Source of the DNA: Candidatus Omnitrophota bacterium
GTDB taxonomy: Bacteria > Omnitrophota > Gorgyraeia > Gygaellales > Profunditerraquicolaceae
DNA length: 56,644 bases
Direction: 5' to 3'
NCBI GenBank assembly: GCA_041652635.1
Contig: JBAZGW010000002.1
Span: 1-56,644 of the forward strand
The position numbers and the translations under genes were made by a program. The notes under the pieces were generated by a model, which made no database searches, was not told the origin of the DNA, and saw nothing but the letters and a program-made list of their open reading frames with translations. Shown piece by piece: positions 9,400 through 19,865 of this stretch. Within the stretch, counting starts at the first letter, position 1; each line of letters opens with the position of its first letter.

Positions 9400-10338
9400 A
9401 TGTCCAATGAACAGAGGATAAGGGCTTTTTTATTTTACAGCAGCGTGGTGATCTTCTGCGCCGGGCTGCCTTTGCTCCTTTCTTTTGCTTTCGGGTATAA
9501 ATTCGACAGGCGCACTTTCAAATTCAGCAGGACCGGGCTGTTTTATTTAAAGACACAGCCGCCGGGCGCCGATGTTTATCTGGATAAGATATTGCTCGAC
9601 GGTAAGACGCCGCTTACCTTGAACGAATTGCTGCCCGGTAATTACGAGGTGCGCGTTGAATTGCACGGTTACTACCCTTGGTCGGAAGATGTAACGATCG
9701 AAGAAAGTAAAATAACGCGTTTAGACAAGGTGATCCTCTTTCCTATCCGTAACAACCTTAAAAAAATCAATAAGTCGTCAGTAGCGTATTTCTATCTGGA
9801 TAGGGAAAGAGACGCGGTTTATTATCTCGACGGACCGGAACGCATACTTTACCGCTGCGGATTGGAAGGCGAGCGCAGGGTCCCAATGGCAAAACTGCCG
9901 GCGCTCCAATCACAGAAGGTGAAATATGTCTTTTCCGTTGACAGGAATAAACTGCTTTATTTCTCCTCTTCCCAGATAGGCGTGGTTTATTTGCAGCAAC
10001 GCCGGGAGCCCTCTCCGGAACGATCTCCGTTTATCCTGGATTATCCGCAGTCTGATATCCGCGATGTCTTTTGGCATTCGGACAGTTTTCATTTGGTTAT
10101 TGTGACTTCAAGGTCGGTCGAGGTGATGGAAGCCACACCCCGTTCTTTTCCCATAGTGCTGGCAAAGTTGAATCGGCGCGACGTGCAGGCATATTATGAT
10201 ACCGGCGGTGATACGCTCTGGTTCCTGGACCAGGAGAAGACTCCCGAGGGCGAAACGCACGGTAATCTATACAAACTGGAATTGGACAGCCGTACTTCGC
10301 CTTTGTACGAATTGATCAAGATCAAAAATGAAGAATAA
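9400..10338 (+). CDS. Membrane-anchored PEGA domain protein
   Basis: N-terminal TM helix, then 'PPGADVYLDKILLDGKTPLTLNELLPGNYEVRVELHGYYPW', a PEGA pattern. Confidence 0.7.
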   Translation: MSNEQRIRAFLFYSSVVIFCAGLPLLLSFAFGYKFDRRTFKFSRTGLFYLKTQPPGADVYLDKILLDGKTPLTLNELLPGNYEVRVELHGYYPWSEDVTIEESKITRLDKVILFPIRNNLKKINKSSVAYFYLDRERDAVYYLDGPERILYRCGLEGERRVPMAKLPALQSQKVKYVFSVDRNKLLYFSSSQIGVVYLQQRREPSPERSPFILDYPQSDIRDVFWHSDSFHLVIVTSRSVEVMEATPRSFPIVLAKLNRRDVQAYYDTGGDTLWFLDQEKTPEGETHGNLYKLELDSRTSPLYELIKIKNEE

Positions 10339-11827
10339 AAAGAACAGGATAAAAAGATCCCTTGAGATCATCCCGGGGGTATTATCCTGGGGAATAATAC
10401 TTCTGCTTGTTCTGTTATCGGCCTGGAAGCCGGTCTTATGCGCCGCGGTGATCATTACTTTTGACTTCTATTGGATCATACGGACGCTTTATCTGACCAC
10501 GCTGCTGATCATGGCCCATCATAAATTATATCGGCAGCGGCACAGGGATTGGCTCGCTGATTGCCGTGCAGCCGGAAACGGCAGGGACTGGGAACGCATA
10601 TACCAGCTGGTGGTATTCCCGGTTTATAAAGAAGGGTTGGACATACTGCGGCCTTCGCTGGCGTCGCTGAAGGAATGTTCGTACCCGAAGGAACGAATGG
10701 TCGTGGTCGTTTCTTTTGAAGAAAGGCATCTTCTTTCCCGGGAAACCGCGGCGACCCTGGAGGCGGAGTTCAAGGATTGTTTCGGCGGATACATTTCAAC
10801 CTCTCACCCCGATAACCTGCCTAATGAAGCGAGGACCAAAGGGGCAAACGCGACCTGGGCCGCTAAAAAAGGCAAGGAATTCATTTCTGCGCGTAATATA
10901 CCTTACGATGACGTGATTATTTCTTGTTTCGACGCCGATACCTGCGTGGATCCCGGGTATTTCGGCTGTCTCACGTATCATTTTATTACCAATCCCCGGC
11001 CTCATCAGGCGAGTTATCAACCGATCCCTGTCTATAATAATAATATTTGGCACGCGCCTTCTTTCGCCCGGCTGGTGGAGATAAGCGCTTCGTTCTGTCA
11101 AATGATAGAAAGTATGCGTGTAGAGAAATTCGTGACTTTCTCCAGCCACAGCATGAGTTTCAAGACGCTGGTCAAGATAGATTATTGGCCGTTGAACATG
11201 GTTTCCGACGATTCTGTGGTTTACTGGAGGGCGTTCCTTTTTTATAACGGGCATTACAGGGTCGTCCCGTTGTATATAACCGTGTCGATGGACGCGGCCT
11301 ACGGGGATTCTCTCTGGAAGACGGTGAGAATGCAGTATATGCAGAAGCGGAGATGGGCGTGGGGCATCGAGAACTTTCCTTTTCTGGTGACGGGATTCAT
11401 GAACAATCGTTTTATAAGCTTGCCGCAGAAAATCCGCAAGTCTTTTCAACTGCTGGAAAGTCATATTACCTGGGCGGTTTGGGCGATCATCATTACCCTT
11501 ATCGCGCCGCTGCCTATTCTGCTGGGGGGAAGTTTCTTTATCCAGATGCCTATAAGTTATAACCTTCCGCGGATAGCCGGTATCCTGTTGAATTGTACTC
11601 TTGCAAGCAGCCTGGTTTGGATATTGTTAAGCAGGATCATTCTTCCTCCACGGCCTAAGGGGGTTAAATGGATCAAGAATGTGGTGATGATAGTAGAATG
11701 GGTCATAGTCCCGCTGATCATTCTTATTTTGGGGTCTGTTCCGGCGCTTGACGCGCAAACCAGGCTGATGTTCGGTAAATATATGGAGTTTTACGCTACT
11801 GAAAAAAAACGCCGGCGCAGCGCATAA
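10328..11827 (+). CDS. Integral-membrane family-2 glycosyltransferase (synthase-type, processive-like)
   Basis: Flanking TM helices. Has 'SCFDADTCV' (DxD), 'VSDDS' and 'QKRRWAWG' (QxxRW) motifs. 499 aa. Confidence 0.75.
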   Translation: MKNKKNRIKRSLEIIPGVLSWGIILLLVLLSAWKPVLCAAVIITFDFYWIIRTLYLTTLLIMAHHKLYRQRHRDWLADCRAAGNGRDWERIYQLVVFPVYKEGLDILRPSLASLKECSYPKERMVVVVSFEERHLLSRETAATLEAEFKDCFGGYISTSHPDNLPNEARTKGANATWAAKKGKEFISARNIPYDDVIISCFDADTCVDPGYFGCLTYHFITNPRPHQASYQPIPVYNNNIWHAPSFARLVEISASFCQMIESMRVEKFVTFSSHSMSFKTLVKIDYWPLNMVSDDSVVYWRAFLFYNGHYRVVPLYITVSMDAAYGDSLWKTVRMQYMQKRRWAWGIENFPFLVTGFMNNRFISLPQKIRKSFQLLESHITWAVWAIIITLIAPLPILLGGSFFIQMPISYNLPRIAGILLNCTLASSLVWILLSRIILPPRPKGVKWIKNVVMIVEWVIVPLIILILGSVPALDAQTRLMFGKYMEFYATEKKRRRSA

Positions 11828-11831
11828 AGTC

Positions 11832-11859
11832 TTGTAAAATATAGTTTTTAGGGTATAAT
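11832..11859 (+). promoter_or_regulatory. sigma70-type promoter
   Basis: TTGTAA (11832-37), a 16-nt spacer, then TATAAT (11854-59). An AAGGAGG RBS and the ATG at 11881 follow. Confidence 0.55.
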
Positions 11860-11880
11860 TTTATTTAAGGAGGCCGTAGA

Positions 11881-12264
11881 ATGAAGAATAGACGCAGTAT
11901 GTTTTTCTGGAAGACCAAGTTCACGCTTTTATTTTTTAATATCGCTTTGCTGGGCATCGCGCTTTTTTGTCTGGCGGTATTCTATGGCCTGGGCAAGATA
12001 CTCACTGAATATGAATATTCATTGGGCTGGCGTTTAGGCTTTATACTGCTGGAAGTGGGCTTTATGGGTTTCATTTTCAGCATTCTGATCAGTATGTTCA
12101 TGGTGCTGCACCGCGTTCTGGGGCCCCTGCCCCGCATAGAAAGCACTTTGGAAGATGTCCTTCAGGGGAATCGTTCGTTACGGGTTACCATCAGAAAAAA
12201 AGATATGATACACGGATTGGTGGAAAAGATCAACGGGATACTCGCATTGTTGGAGAAGAAATAG
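11881..12264 (+). CDS. Small 2-TM protein with a HAMP-like C-terminus and no output domain
   Basis: Two hydrophobic helices, then 'HRVLGPLPRIESTLEDVLQGNRSLRVTIRKKDMIHGLVEKINGIL', a HAMP-like pattern. 127 aa. Confidence 0.55.
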   Translation: MKNRRSMFFWKTKFTLLFFNIALLGIALFCLAVFYGLGKILTEYEYSLGWRLGFILLEVGFMGFIFSILISMFMVLHRVLGPLPRIESTLEDVLQGNRSLRVTIRKKDMIHGLVEKINGILALLEKK

Positions 12265-12286
12265 TCGGTTATTTTTCGTGAAATCA

Positions 12287-12318
12287 AACTCCGGAACGGG
12301 TATGCTCCGGAGTTTTTT
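12287..12318 (+). terminator. Rho-independent terminator
   Basis: Stem AACTCCGGA / TCCGGAGTT with a 10-nt loop, followed by a TTTT run. Confidence 0.75.
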
Positions 12319-12369
12319 ATGTGTTAATGCCCCGGTCGGATATGACGTAAAGCATCGCACGGTGTGACT

Positions 12370-13698
12370 ATGAAGCGTTCTCTGGAAATCCTCTTTTTCG
12401 TTCTTGCCGTTGTTGTCCTGATCCTGGTAGTCAAGACAAAAATAATCGCTTTCTATTATAATCAAGCTGAAGGGTACGCGGGGCGCGGTTTGTATGCGCA
12501 AGCGGTAGATTCTTACAAGAAATCCATCGCGCTGGATCATTCGCTCATTGCCGCGCACTACAGCCTGGGGAACGCCTATCTGGAATTAGGGATGAAGAAA
12601 TCAGCGGAGTCCGAATTCCGCCGGTCAATTAGCTTAAAACGCGACTTTGTTCCCGCTTTCGAGGCTCTCGTGCATATGTATTTGCAGGATGATGCTTATC
12701 CGCAGGCAATGGAGACGCTGGCGGAAGCGAGATCAGTCTGCCCGGCTGACGGGAAAATAGAAGAACTGTTCGCGTTGGTAAAATTCTCGCATTTGACCGG
12801 GTTATTGAAAGAAGGGACGGAAGCGTTTACTTCAGGCAGAAAATCACGGGCATACGAATTATTGAACGAAGCCCTGCTGGTTAATCCGGAATATGTTTTT
12901 ACTTATTACCTGTTGGGGTATCTATATTTTTCCGAGAGGAATTATCCTCTTGCCAAAGAGATGATGGATAAAACCCTGCGTCTGGATATTAAATTCTATC
13001 CGGCTCGTAAGCTGTTGGGGGATATTTACTTCGAAGAGGGGAAATTCAATAACGCGCTCGCCGAATACAACGCCGCTTTGTCCGTGGACAGGAAAGATAC
13101 CGCGTTATTGAATAGCGCCGCCTTGTCGTATATGAACCTGGAGAAATATGAACAGGCCATTCTTCTTTTGAAAGAAGCGTTACTTATAAATCCGGGCAAT
13201 GTTAATTTGCAGTATAGTCTGGCGTGTTTATACCGTGACAGCGGACGGTCGCGGGAGGCGGTTTCGGGATACCTGGATGTGATCAGCATGGATACGGCCT
13301 TTCCCAACGTGCATAATGACCTGGCTGGGGTATATAAAACCCTTGGACGACCGGAGCTGGCACTTGAAGAATACCGGGAAGGGGTGTTGATCTGTTCGGA
13401 AAAACTGGCGGCTAATCCCGATAATCCGTTCTTGTTGTCGGATATGGCGGCGGCGTGCAACGGATCCGGTAAATACGCCGATGCCATGGGTTATATTAAT
13501 AAGGCGATCGCGGTCAAGGGGGATTATCCGCAGGCGTATCTGATATTGGCGGATATTCATAAAAATCTCGGTAATTTATCAGCGGCGCAGGATGCTTTGC
13601 AGAAAGCCGGTCAATTAACCTCCAGGAAATATGTTTTCATAGAAAAGATGCTGGATATAGGCCGGAAACAATTGCCGGAAGCGTCGTCCCCGCAGTAA
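12370..13698 (+). CDS. TPR repeat protein with N-terminal membrane anchor
   Basis: N-terminal hydrophobic helix and many 34-aa TPR-like units (e.g. 'AHYSLGNAYLELGMKKSAESEFRRSISL'). ATG at 12370 preferred over GTG at 12364. Confidence 0.8.
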   Translation: MKRSLEILFFVLAVVVLILVVKTKIIAFYYNQAEGYAGRGLYAQAVDSYKKSIALDHSLIAAHYSLGNAYLELGMKKSAESEFRRSISLKRDFVPAFEALVHMYLQDDAYPQAMETLAEARSVCPADGKIEELFALVKFSHLTGLLKEGTEAFTSGRKSRAYELLNEALLVNPEYVFTYYLLGYLYFSERNYPLAKEMMDKTLRLDIKFYPARKLLGDIYFEEGKFNNALAEYNAALSVDRKDTALLNSAALSYMNLEKYEQAILLLKEALLINPGNVNLQYSLACLYRDSGRSREAVSGYLDVISMDTAFPNVHNDLAGVYKTLGRPELALEEYREGVLICSEKLAANPDNPFLLSDMAAACNGSGKYADAMGYINKAIAVKGDYPQAYLILADIHKNLGNLSAAQDALQKAGQLTSRKYVFIEKMLDIGRKQLPEASSPQ

Positions 13699-13730
13699 CT
13701 CTTTCCACGAAGATGGGAATCGGAAATAAT

Positions 13731-13988
13731 CTAATCCTGCCCATAATATACGACATCATGGGGTTTGTCCTTTAATTCCCTGCAAAGAGGGCAATCGTCG
13801 TCAAGGCCTTCTCCGGTGATCTCTCCACGGATCACTTTTTCTTTGCGGCGTTCGATTTCAGCTTTGTCCGGGTGGTCCAGATGCACGATGGTGATCTTTC
13901 CCAGACGCGTTATGACGGCGCCCTTACCGTATAAATGTTCATAATATTCGTTACTGCGATATCCGGCCGCGGGATCGGTTTCTTGCAT
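13731..13988 (-). CDS. Hypothetical small protein (85 aa) downstream of comM
   Basis: Intact ORF co-oriented with comM and 37 nt downstream of it. Contains 'CPLC'. No family recognised. Confidence 0.45.
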   Translation of the reverse strand: MQETDPAAGYRSNEYYEHLYGKGAVITRLGKITIVHLDHPDKAEIERRKEKVIRGEITGEGLDDDCPLCRELKDKPHDVVYYGQD

Positions 13989-14025
13989 CGGGTCTCCTCC
14001 GTGTAAAAGTATAGCGGTTATTTCT

Positions 14026-15552
14026 TTACCACTGTTTATCCAGGTTCCTGTATTGCACTGTTTCCGCGATGTCCCCGGGCAGGATCGTTTCCCTGGCGGA
14101 CAAGTCCGCGATGGTGCGGGCTACTTTCAGTATTTTGCTGTAGGCCCTGGCCGATAACCGCAGTTCTTTCATCGCTTTTTCCAGCAGGCCCGCGGCTTCA
14201 GCGGAGAGAACGCAGAACTTCTTGATCTGTTTGTTGTTCATTCTGGCGTTTAACAGGATATGTTCGTCTTTGAATCTTTCCGTCTGTATCTTCCTGGACA
14301 GGTTTACTCTTTCTTTGATCAACGCTGACGGTTCCCCGTCGCCTTTGCCGGAGAGCTCTTCGAAACTCAATGGCTGCATCTCTATATGGATATCGATGCG
14401 GTCCAGCAGCGGGCCGGATATTTTTCCGGCGTAGCGCTCTATCTTCGAAGGTGAACAATGGCAATTCCTGCGCGGATCCGTGTAATATCCGCATGGGCAG
14501 GGGTTCATAGCGGCGACGAACATAAATGACGAGGGGAATACGGAACTTCGCGCGGCGCGGGAAACGCAGACATACCCGTCCTCAAGCGGCTGACGGAGAG
14601 TTTCCAGGGTGTTGCGGTTGAATTCAGGCAGTTCGTCCATGAAAAGCACTCCGTGATGCGCCAGGCTTATTTCTCCCGGTTTGGGGACGCAGCCGCCGCC
14701 TATAAGGGCGGAATCGGAGATGTCGTGGTGGGGGGAGCGGAACGGACGCTGCGCTATGATGCCTTGCGAAGGAGGCAGGCCGGCGGCGGAATAGATCTTG
14801 GTGATCTCGAGCGCTTCCGGCAGGCTTAAGTCCGGCATTACGGTGGGTATCCTTTTGGCGAGCATTGTCTTTCCTCCTCCCGGAGGCCCGATCATCAGCA
14901 GGTTGTGGCCTCCGGCAACCGCGATCTCGATAGCCCTTTTTGCGAAATGTTGCCCTTTTACTTCCTGAAAATCATGCGCGTAAACGGAATTTCGCGAGAA
15001 AATGGCATTTATGTCCTCGGTATAAGGGGTTGACCGCGACGGTTCATTCAACAAGGCGATCGTTTGTTTCAGTGTGCCTGTCGGCCATGCGTTCATGGAC
15101 GAGATGACCCCGGCTTCCTTTGAGTTCTGCGTTGGGATTATCACGTTATTTGTATTTTCCTTCTCGGAAATACAGATCATTATCGGCAATACCCCCTGTA
15201 CCGCCCGCAACGAGCCGTCCAGCGACAGTTCACCAAGTATGAAATAATCGTTCAGCGGCCCGGCCGGGATCTGGCCGCTTGCCGCCAGAATGCCCAGCGC
15301 TATCGGAAGGTCGAAGCTGGCCCCTTCTTTCTTGATGTCTGAAGGAGCAAGATTTATCGTGATCCTTCCCCTTGGCCATTTATACCCTGAGTTCTTTATG
15401 GCCGATTTTACGCGTTCTTTACTTTCCCTGATGGCGATATCGGCCAGCCCTACCAGGTTGATCGACGGCAGTCCTTTGCCTACGTCAATTTCTATTTCGA
15501 TAAGATAAGCGTCGATGCCGTTAAGCCCGTAACTAAGTGCCTTTGCCAGCAT
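14026..15552 (-). CDS. comM: YifB/ComM family Mg-chelatase-like ATPase
   Basis: 508 aa. N-terminal Lon-protease-like domain, Walker A 'GPPGGGKT', 'VLFMDELPEF', and a C-terminal 'ARAY..ILKVARTIADL' domain. Confidence 0.9.
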   Translation of the reverse strand: MLAKALSYGLNGIDAYLIEIEIDVGKGLPSINLVGLADIAIRESKERVKSAIKNSGYKWPRGRITINLAPSDIKKEGASFDLPIALGILAASGQIPAGPLNDYFILGELSLDGSLRAVQGVLPIMICISEKENTNNVIIPTQNSKEAGVISSMNAWPTGTLKQTIALLNEPSRSTPYTEDINAIFSRNSVYAHDFQEVKGQHFAKRAIEIAVAGGHNLLMIGPPGGGKTMLAKRIPTVMPDLSLPEALEITKIYSAAGLPPSQGIIAQRPFRSPHHDISDSALIGGGCVPKPGEISLAHHGVLFMDELPEFNRNTLETLRQPLEDGYVCVSRAARSSVFPSSFMFVAAMNPCPCGYYTDPRRNCHCSPSKIERYAGKISGPLLDRIDIHIEMQPLSFEELSGKGDGEPSALIKERVNLSRKIQTERFKDEHILLNARMNNKQIKKFCVLSAEAAGLLEKAMKELRLSARAYSKILKVARTIADLSARETILPGDIAETVQYRNLDKQW

Positions 15553-15692
15553 TTGTCCTCCTTTTTTAAACGATTTATTACGCGTGACGGCGCAGGCGGT
15601 CCAACTACTGTTAATAGACGGTAGGAATAGCTTAAATCTAACACCTTTTTTATCCTGGTCGCCGGTTTGGAGGAGGGTATGCCAGAAAGTTC

Positions 15693-15721
15693 TTGCTTTT
15701 TACCCGGCGTGTTTATATAAT
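15693..15721 (+). promoter_or_regulatory. sigma70-type promoter
   Basis: TTGCTT (15693-98), a 17-nt spacer, then TATAAT (15716-21). The 'TTG start' of track ORF 15693 is this -35 box. Confidence 0.55.
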
Positions 15722-15758
15722 TTTAACAGGAAAATGCCGGAAGGCAGAGAGAGAGCGT

Positions 15759-16373
15759 ATGATAAAACTTCGTAAAGCATTGGTCGCGTTCCTGGTAGGT
15801 GCCGGTTTGGTGAGTATTGTCCATTATTCTTTTCTGTTGCAGGAAAAGACCAGGCTGTCGCGCGCGCTTGAGGAGATGAACGCGCGTGTTTCGATCCTGG
15901 AAAAAGATAAAGCGCAGATGGTGCAGTCTTTGAACTCAGGCAGGGACGCCTTGAAGAAACTGGATGAAGACAATGCGCGGCTCGGGCAGACGATCCAATC
16001 GCAGGGAGAGAATATTTCCGCGTTGACGGCGGAAGTGGAGAGGACGAACGGGAAATTGGAGGAATTGAACTCCAGGTATTCCTTGCTGCGCTGCGAGAAT
16101 TCCGCTTTAAGATCCCAGTTATTTTTCGTAGTTAAAGAAGAAGAGAAAATGCGTCTTAATATGACTTCCCTGCCTGAATTAAAGAAAGCGATAAGAGAGC
16201 TAAAAAAAAAGAAAACTCACGCCTCGGTTCTCCCTGTAATCCATAAACAGAGAATAAATAAGGTTGTCAAAGGGCAGATACTTGAAGGTAATAAAGGGTT
16301 TTTGGTAAGAGACGGGAAGCCCACCTTCGCGAAAACCATAAAAATAGAAGTCGTCCCCACTCCGTCCCAATGA
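15759..16373 (+). CDS. Membrane-anchored coiled-coil protein
   Basis: ATG at 15759 follows the promoter. One TM helix ('ALVAFLVGAGLVSIV') and then a long heptad-rich region. No family recognised. Confidence 0.6.
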   Translation: MIKLRKALVAFLVGAGLVSIVHYSFLLQEKTRLSRALEEMNARVSILEKDKAQMVQSLNSGRDALKKLDEDNARLGQTIQSQGENISALTAEVERTNGKLEELNSRYSLLRCENSALRSQLFFVVKEEEKMRLNMTSLPELKKAIRELKKKKTHASVLPVIHKQRINKVVKGQILEGNKGFLVRDGKPTFAKTIKIEVVPTPSQ

Positions 16374-16816
16374 GCGAGATCATCCGTCAACTCATTGCAA
16401 ACAAGATCTTCGTGACCACCGTTTCCGCCTGGATCGTGGCGCAGACCATCAAGGTTACCATGGGAGTCATCCGGGAGAAAAGGATAGATTTTCGCTGGTT
16501 TGTGGGCACGGGAGGGATGCCTTCAAGCCACGCGGCAGGCGCTTCTTGCCTGGCGACGGCGGTCGGGCTCTCCTGCAGGTTTGACAGCGTGCTTTTCGCG
16601 CTCGCTGCGGCTTTCGCGCTTGTCGTAATGTTCGACGCGCAGGGGGTGCGCAGGGCAACCGGTAAACAGGCGCGCATTCTAAACAAAATAATGGAGGATA
16701 TCTATTGGCAGGGGAAGATCGATGAGGTGCGGCTCAGGGAATTGGTGGGGCACACCCCTTTGGAAGTCATAGCCGGATGTTTGCTGGGTATTCTTATCGC
16801 GGTCGTGACAAAATAG
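16370..16816 (+). CDS. Divergent PAP2 / DUF212 membrane protein
   Basis: 'GGMPSSHAA' and 'MFDAQGVRR' motifs. 148 aa. ATGA start/stop overlap with the upstream gene. Confidence 0.8.
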   Translation: MSEIIRQLIANKIFVTTVSAWIVAQTIKVTMGVIREKRIDFRWFVGTGGMPSSHAAGASCLATAVGLSCRFDSVLFALAAAFALVVMFDAQGVRRATGKQARILNKIMEDIYWQGKIDEVRLRELVGHTPLEVIAGCLLGILIAVVTK

Positions 16817-16876
16817 GCGCGGTCGGCTATTCGTTTATATTCTATTCAGCAGGTCACAGTTTGAACGGAGGCAGAA

Positions 16877-17692
16877 GTGAAGAAATATTTACCGGTGATC
16901 ATTATCAGCGCGGTTGTTGCCGTTTTGATCTTTTTGGTAGCGGTCAATATGCACGCGAAACGATCCGGCAAAAGTCAGCCTTCCGATAAATCGTCGATTT
17001 CGGCCGTTCTCGCGCAGGCGCAGGATCTTGAGAAGAAAGGCGATATTCAGGAAGCCGCAGCCGCTTATCAAAGCCTGATCGTGGATTATCCCAGTTCCCA
17101 GGAGGTAGTATCTTGGCAGAAGAAAGCGGATGACTTGAATATCCGGCTGCTTTTTTCCCCGGTCATTACAGAAGGTAGCGCGGCTTACGTTATAAAACCG
17201 GGGGACACGCTGATAAAGATAGCCAGGGAGTTCAAGACGACACCGGAATTGATAATGAAAAGCAACAATCTTCCCGGAGATAAGATCATCCCGGGAAGAA
17301 AGATCAAGGTATGCGTTGTGCCTTTTAATATTTTCGTGGATAAATCGCAGAATATCCTTATCCTGAAATCGAAAGAAGAAGTTATAAAGACATATGTGGT
17401 TTCCACCGGAGCGAATAATTCTTCCCCGGTAGGCACTTTCAAGATCGTCAACAAGATCGTGAAACCGACCTGGTTTAGATCCGGGGCGGTGGTCCCTTCC
17501 GGTAGCCCGGATAACGTGCTGGGGACCCGCTGGATGGGATTTGATCTGGCGGGATACGGGATACACGGCACTACCGAACCGGAAAAACTCGGGCAGCAGG
17601 TAACCCAGGGGTGTGTGCGTATGTCCAATGCGGAAGTGGAAGAATTATACACATTGATACCGGTCGGAACCGAAGTAGTTATTGTGGATTAA
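16877..17692 (+). CDS. LysM domain L,D-transpeptidase (YkuD family)
   Basis: LysM 'YVIKPGDTLIKIAREFKTTPELIMKSNNL' and YkuD catalytic 'GIHGT...GCVRM'. GTG start preceded by GGAGG. Confidence 0.85.
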   Translation: MKKYLPVIIISAVVAVLIFLVAVNMHAKRSGKSQPSDKSSISAVLAQAQDLEKKGDIQEAAAAYQSLIVDYPSSQEVVSWQKKADDLNIRLLFSPVITEGSAAYVIKPGDTLIKIAREFKTTPELIMKSNNLPGDKIIPGRKIKVCVVPFNIFVDKSQNILILKSKEEVIKTYVVSTGANNSSPVGTFKIVNKIVKPTWFRSGAVVPSGSPDNVLGTRWMGFDLAGYGIHGTTEPEKLGQQVTQGCVRMSNAEVEELYTLIPVGTEVVIVD

Positions 17693-17719
17693 AAGTCCGC
17701 TAAGGAGAAAATAATACAG

Positions 17720-18679
17720 ATGAACGGGCTCGCCTTTGAAAAACCGATTATCGAGTTGGAGAAGAAAATAGATGAATTGAAGCTTTTCGCCTCCGAGAAA
17801 AAGATAGATTTGTCCTCTGAGTTGAAGAAAATGGAGGAAAAGCTCGAAGCCTTGAAACGCCGCACTTACGGCAACCTGACCCCCTGGCAGAAAGTGCAGA
17901 TAGCCAGGCATCCGCAGCGTCCATATACGCTGGACTATATTTCTTCGTTAATGACCGACTTTGTGGAATTGCACGGGGACAGGATCTTTGGGGATGATAA
18001 AGCGATGATCTGCGGTTTCGCCGTGTTCGAAGGGACGAAAGTAGCTGTTATCGGGCACCAGAAGGGAAGGGATACCAAAGAGAACTTAAAACGCAATTTC
18101 GGTTGCGCCCACCCGGAAGGCTACCGTAAGGCGCTGCGTTTAATGCAGATGGCGGAGAAATTCGGTTTACCGGTGATAATTTTCATAGATACTCCCGGAG
18201 CTTACCCGGGTATAGGCGCGGAAGAGCGAGGTCAGGCTCAGGCGATAGCGTTGAACTTGCGGGAGATGGTTTGCATCGGCGTGCCGATAATAGCCACTGT
18301 TATTGGAGAAGGCGGTTCCGGAGGCGCTTTAGGAATCGGCGTGGCCGATATGGTTTGCGTCTTGGAGAACGCGTATTATTCCGTGATCTCTCCGGAAGGC
18401 TGTGCCGCTATACTTTGGAAAGACGGTTTAAAGGCGCCGGATGCCGCTGAAGTGCTGAAATTAACGGCAACGGATTTATTAAAACTGGGCGTAATAGATT
18501 GCGTGATCCCCGAACCGATGGGGGGAGCGCACCGCAATCCTCAGGAAACCGCCGCGAATGTCAAACAAGCGGTCGGCGGATACCTTAAAAAGCTTCTTAA
18601 ACTGGATAAAAAAACGCTTCTTGATTCCAGATATGATAAATTCCGCAAGATAGGAAAGATCCTGGAAGAGAAGAATTAA
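17720..18679 (+). CDS. accA: Acetyl-CoA carboxylase carboxyltransferase alpha subunit
   Basis: 319 aa. '[21 protein letters not shown]' and '[17 protein letters not shown]' are typical of AccA. Confidence 0.93.
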   Translation: MNGLAFEKPIIELEKKIDELKLFASEKKIDLSSELKKMEEKLEALKRRTYGNLTPWQKVQIARHPQRPYTLDYISSLMTDFVELHGDRIFGDDKAMICGFAVFEGTKVAVIGHQKGRDTKENLKRNFGCAHPEGYRKALRLMQMAEKFGLPVIIFIDTPGAYPGIGAEERGQAQAIALNLREMVCIGVPIIATVIGEGGSGGALGIGVADMVCVLENAYYSVISPEGCAAILWKDGLKAPDAAEVLKLTATDLLKLGVIDCVIPEPMGGAHRNPQETAANVKQAVGGYLKKLLKLDKKTLLDSRYDKFRKIGKILEEKN

Positions 18680-19149
18680 ATTCCAGCCGCGGTAGTGCGC
18701 TGTGGCGTTAATTCTTAAGACAGTGCACAGGTCCGTCGGCGTATTAGCGGCGGACAAAGTCTCGCCAAGCTTCCATGACGTTCGGCTCCCGGCTTTCTAT
18801 CTTCAATAACACGCATTAGAGAACTTCCGTAACAACGTAAAACAGGCCGCGTCCCGCCATAAATAATTCCGCCGTATTGAAATGTAGCCTTTTCCGGCTT
18901 GATCTCTGTGATAAATCCTTTCATATGATCACGATTTCACGTTTTTACGCGGATAACGCTGCTGCCCAGAGTTCTTTTTCAAAACATATTCTAAAAAAAA
19001 GCAGCTTGATTATAACGCCGACAGCCGTTACTATATGGAATATGGAAACGATCATCCTCTGCGCAGGAAACCGCGGTTATTAAGCCCCGGGGCTCAATGA
19101 AGATAACGGCGGGTGTTCATAATGCAGCTAAAATACAATATACATAAGT

Positions 19150-19845
19150 ATGTCTAAAAAGTCAGAGAAGATCCTATCGCTTTATGAAGTCTACGCCTTA
19201 AAACGCGGCGGTAATCCCGATAAGCCTTTCGCTCCCGGAGTACTGAATGCCGACCTGGAAGCGCGTTCCTATCAGGAGATGGTGGAAATATTCGAAGACA
19301 GGATAAACAGGTGGTATTTCAACGTGGCGGAAGAAATACAGCATAAGATAGCCGATTATAATTTCGCCGTTGTCATACTCTGCAGCACTATTCTGGACCT
19401 GATGAGTCAGTATGTTTATGCCGTGCCGGTTTCAGGAGAATCAGTGTTCAAGAAATTCTTCCGGGAGTATCTCGGAGAATACAATTACGTTATAGACCCT
19501 CCGATAATCAGCTGTTATTTCAATAAGAGGCGCAAGAAATGGCTTAAAGAGACGATCAAGGATGTCGCGGACGGCTTCTACCATTGCTTTCGCTGCGGTG
19601 TGGTGCATTCGGCCGGCATCCTTGAATACGGCCGCATAAGCACGCGTTATCCCGACGAGATCGTCAGGATAGTCGAATGGGGGAACGGGAAAAAGGAGAT
19701 CAACGTTAATCCGGTGGAGTTCCTGCTGCGTTTAAAAGAGATCTTCGCCGATTATGTGCGCAGGCTGAAGGAAGAAGAGTTCCTGCCCAAGAAAAACTTT
19801 ATCGAGAAGTTCAGATTGGAATACGGGGTGAATGTTCCGGAGTGA
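19150..19845 (+). CDS. Hypothetical protein (231 aa)
   Basis: Intact ORF after a 470-bp non-coding stretch. Contains 'HCFRCGVVHS'. No family recognised. Confidence 0.55.
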   Translation: MSKKSEKILSLYEVYALKRGGNPDKPFAPGVLNADLEARSYQEMVEIFEDRINRWYFNVAEEIQHKIADYNFAVVILCSTILDLMSQYVYAVPVSGESVFKKFFREYLGEYNYVIDPPIISCYFNKRRKKWLKETIKDVADGFYHCFRCGVVHSAGILEYGRISTRYPDEIVRIVEWGNGKKEINVNPVEFLLRLKEIFADYVRRLKEEEFLPKKNFIEKFRLEYGVNVPE

Positions 19846-19865
19846 TCCCGATGAAGGAGGAGGAT

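Noticed and set aside
18715-18924. 69-aa minus-strand ORF and 68-aa plus-strand ORF (18877..19083) in the accA-downstream gap
   Set aside because: They have no RBS and no recognisable domain, and they overlap each other. I treat the region as non-coding or decayed, not as genes.
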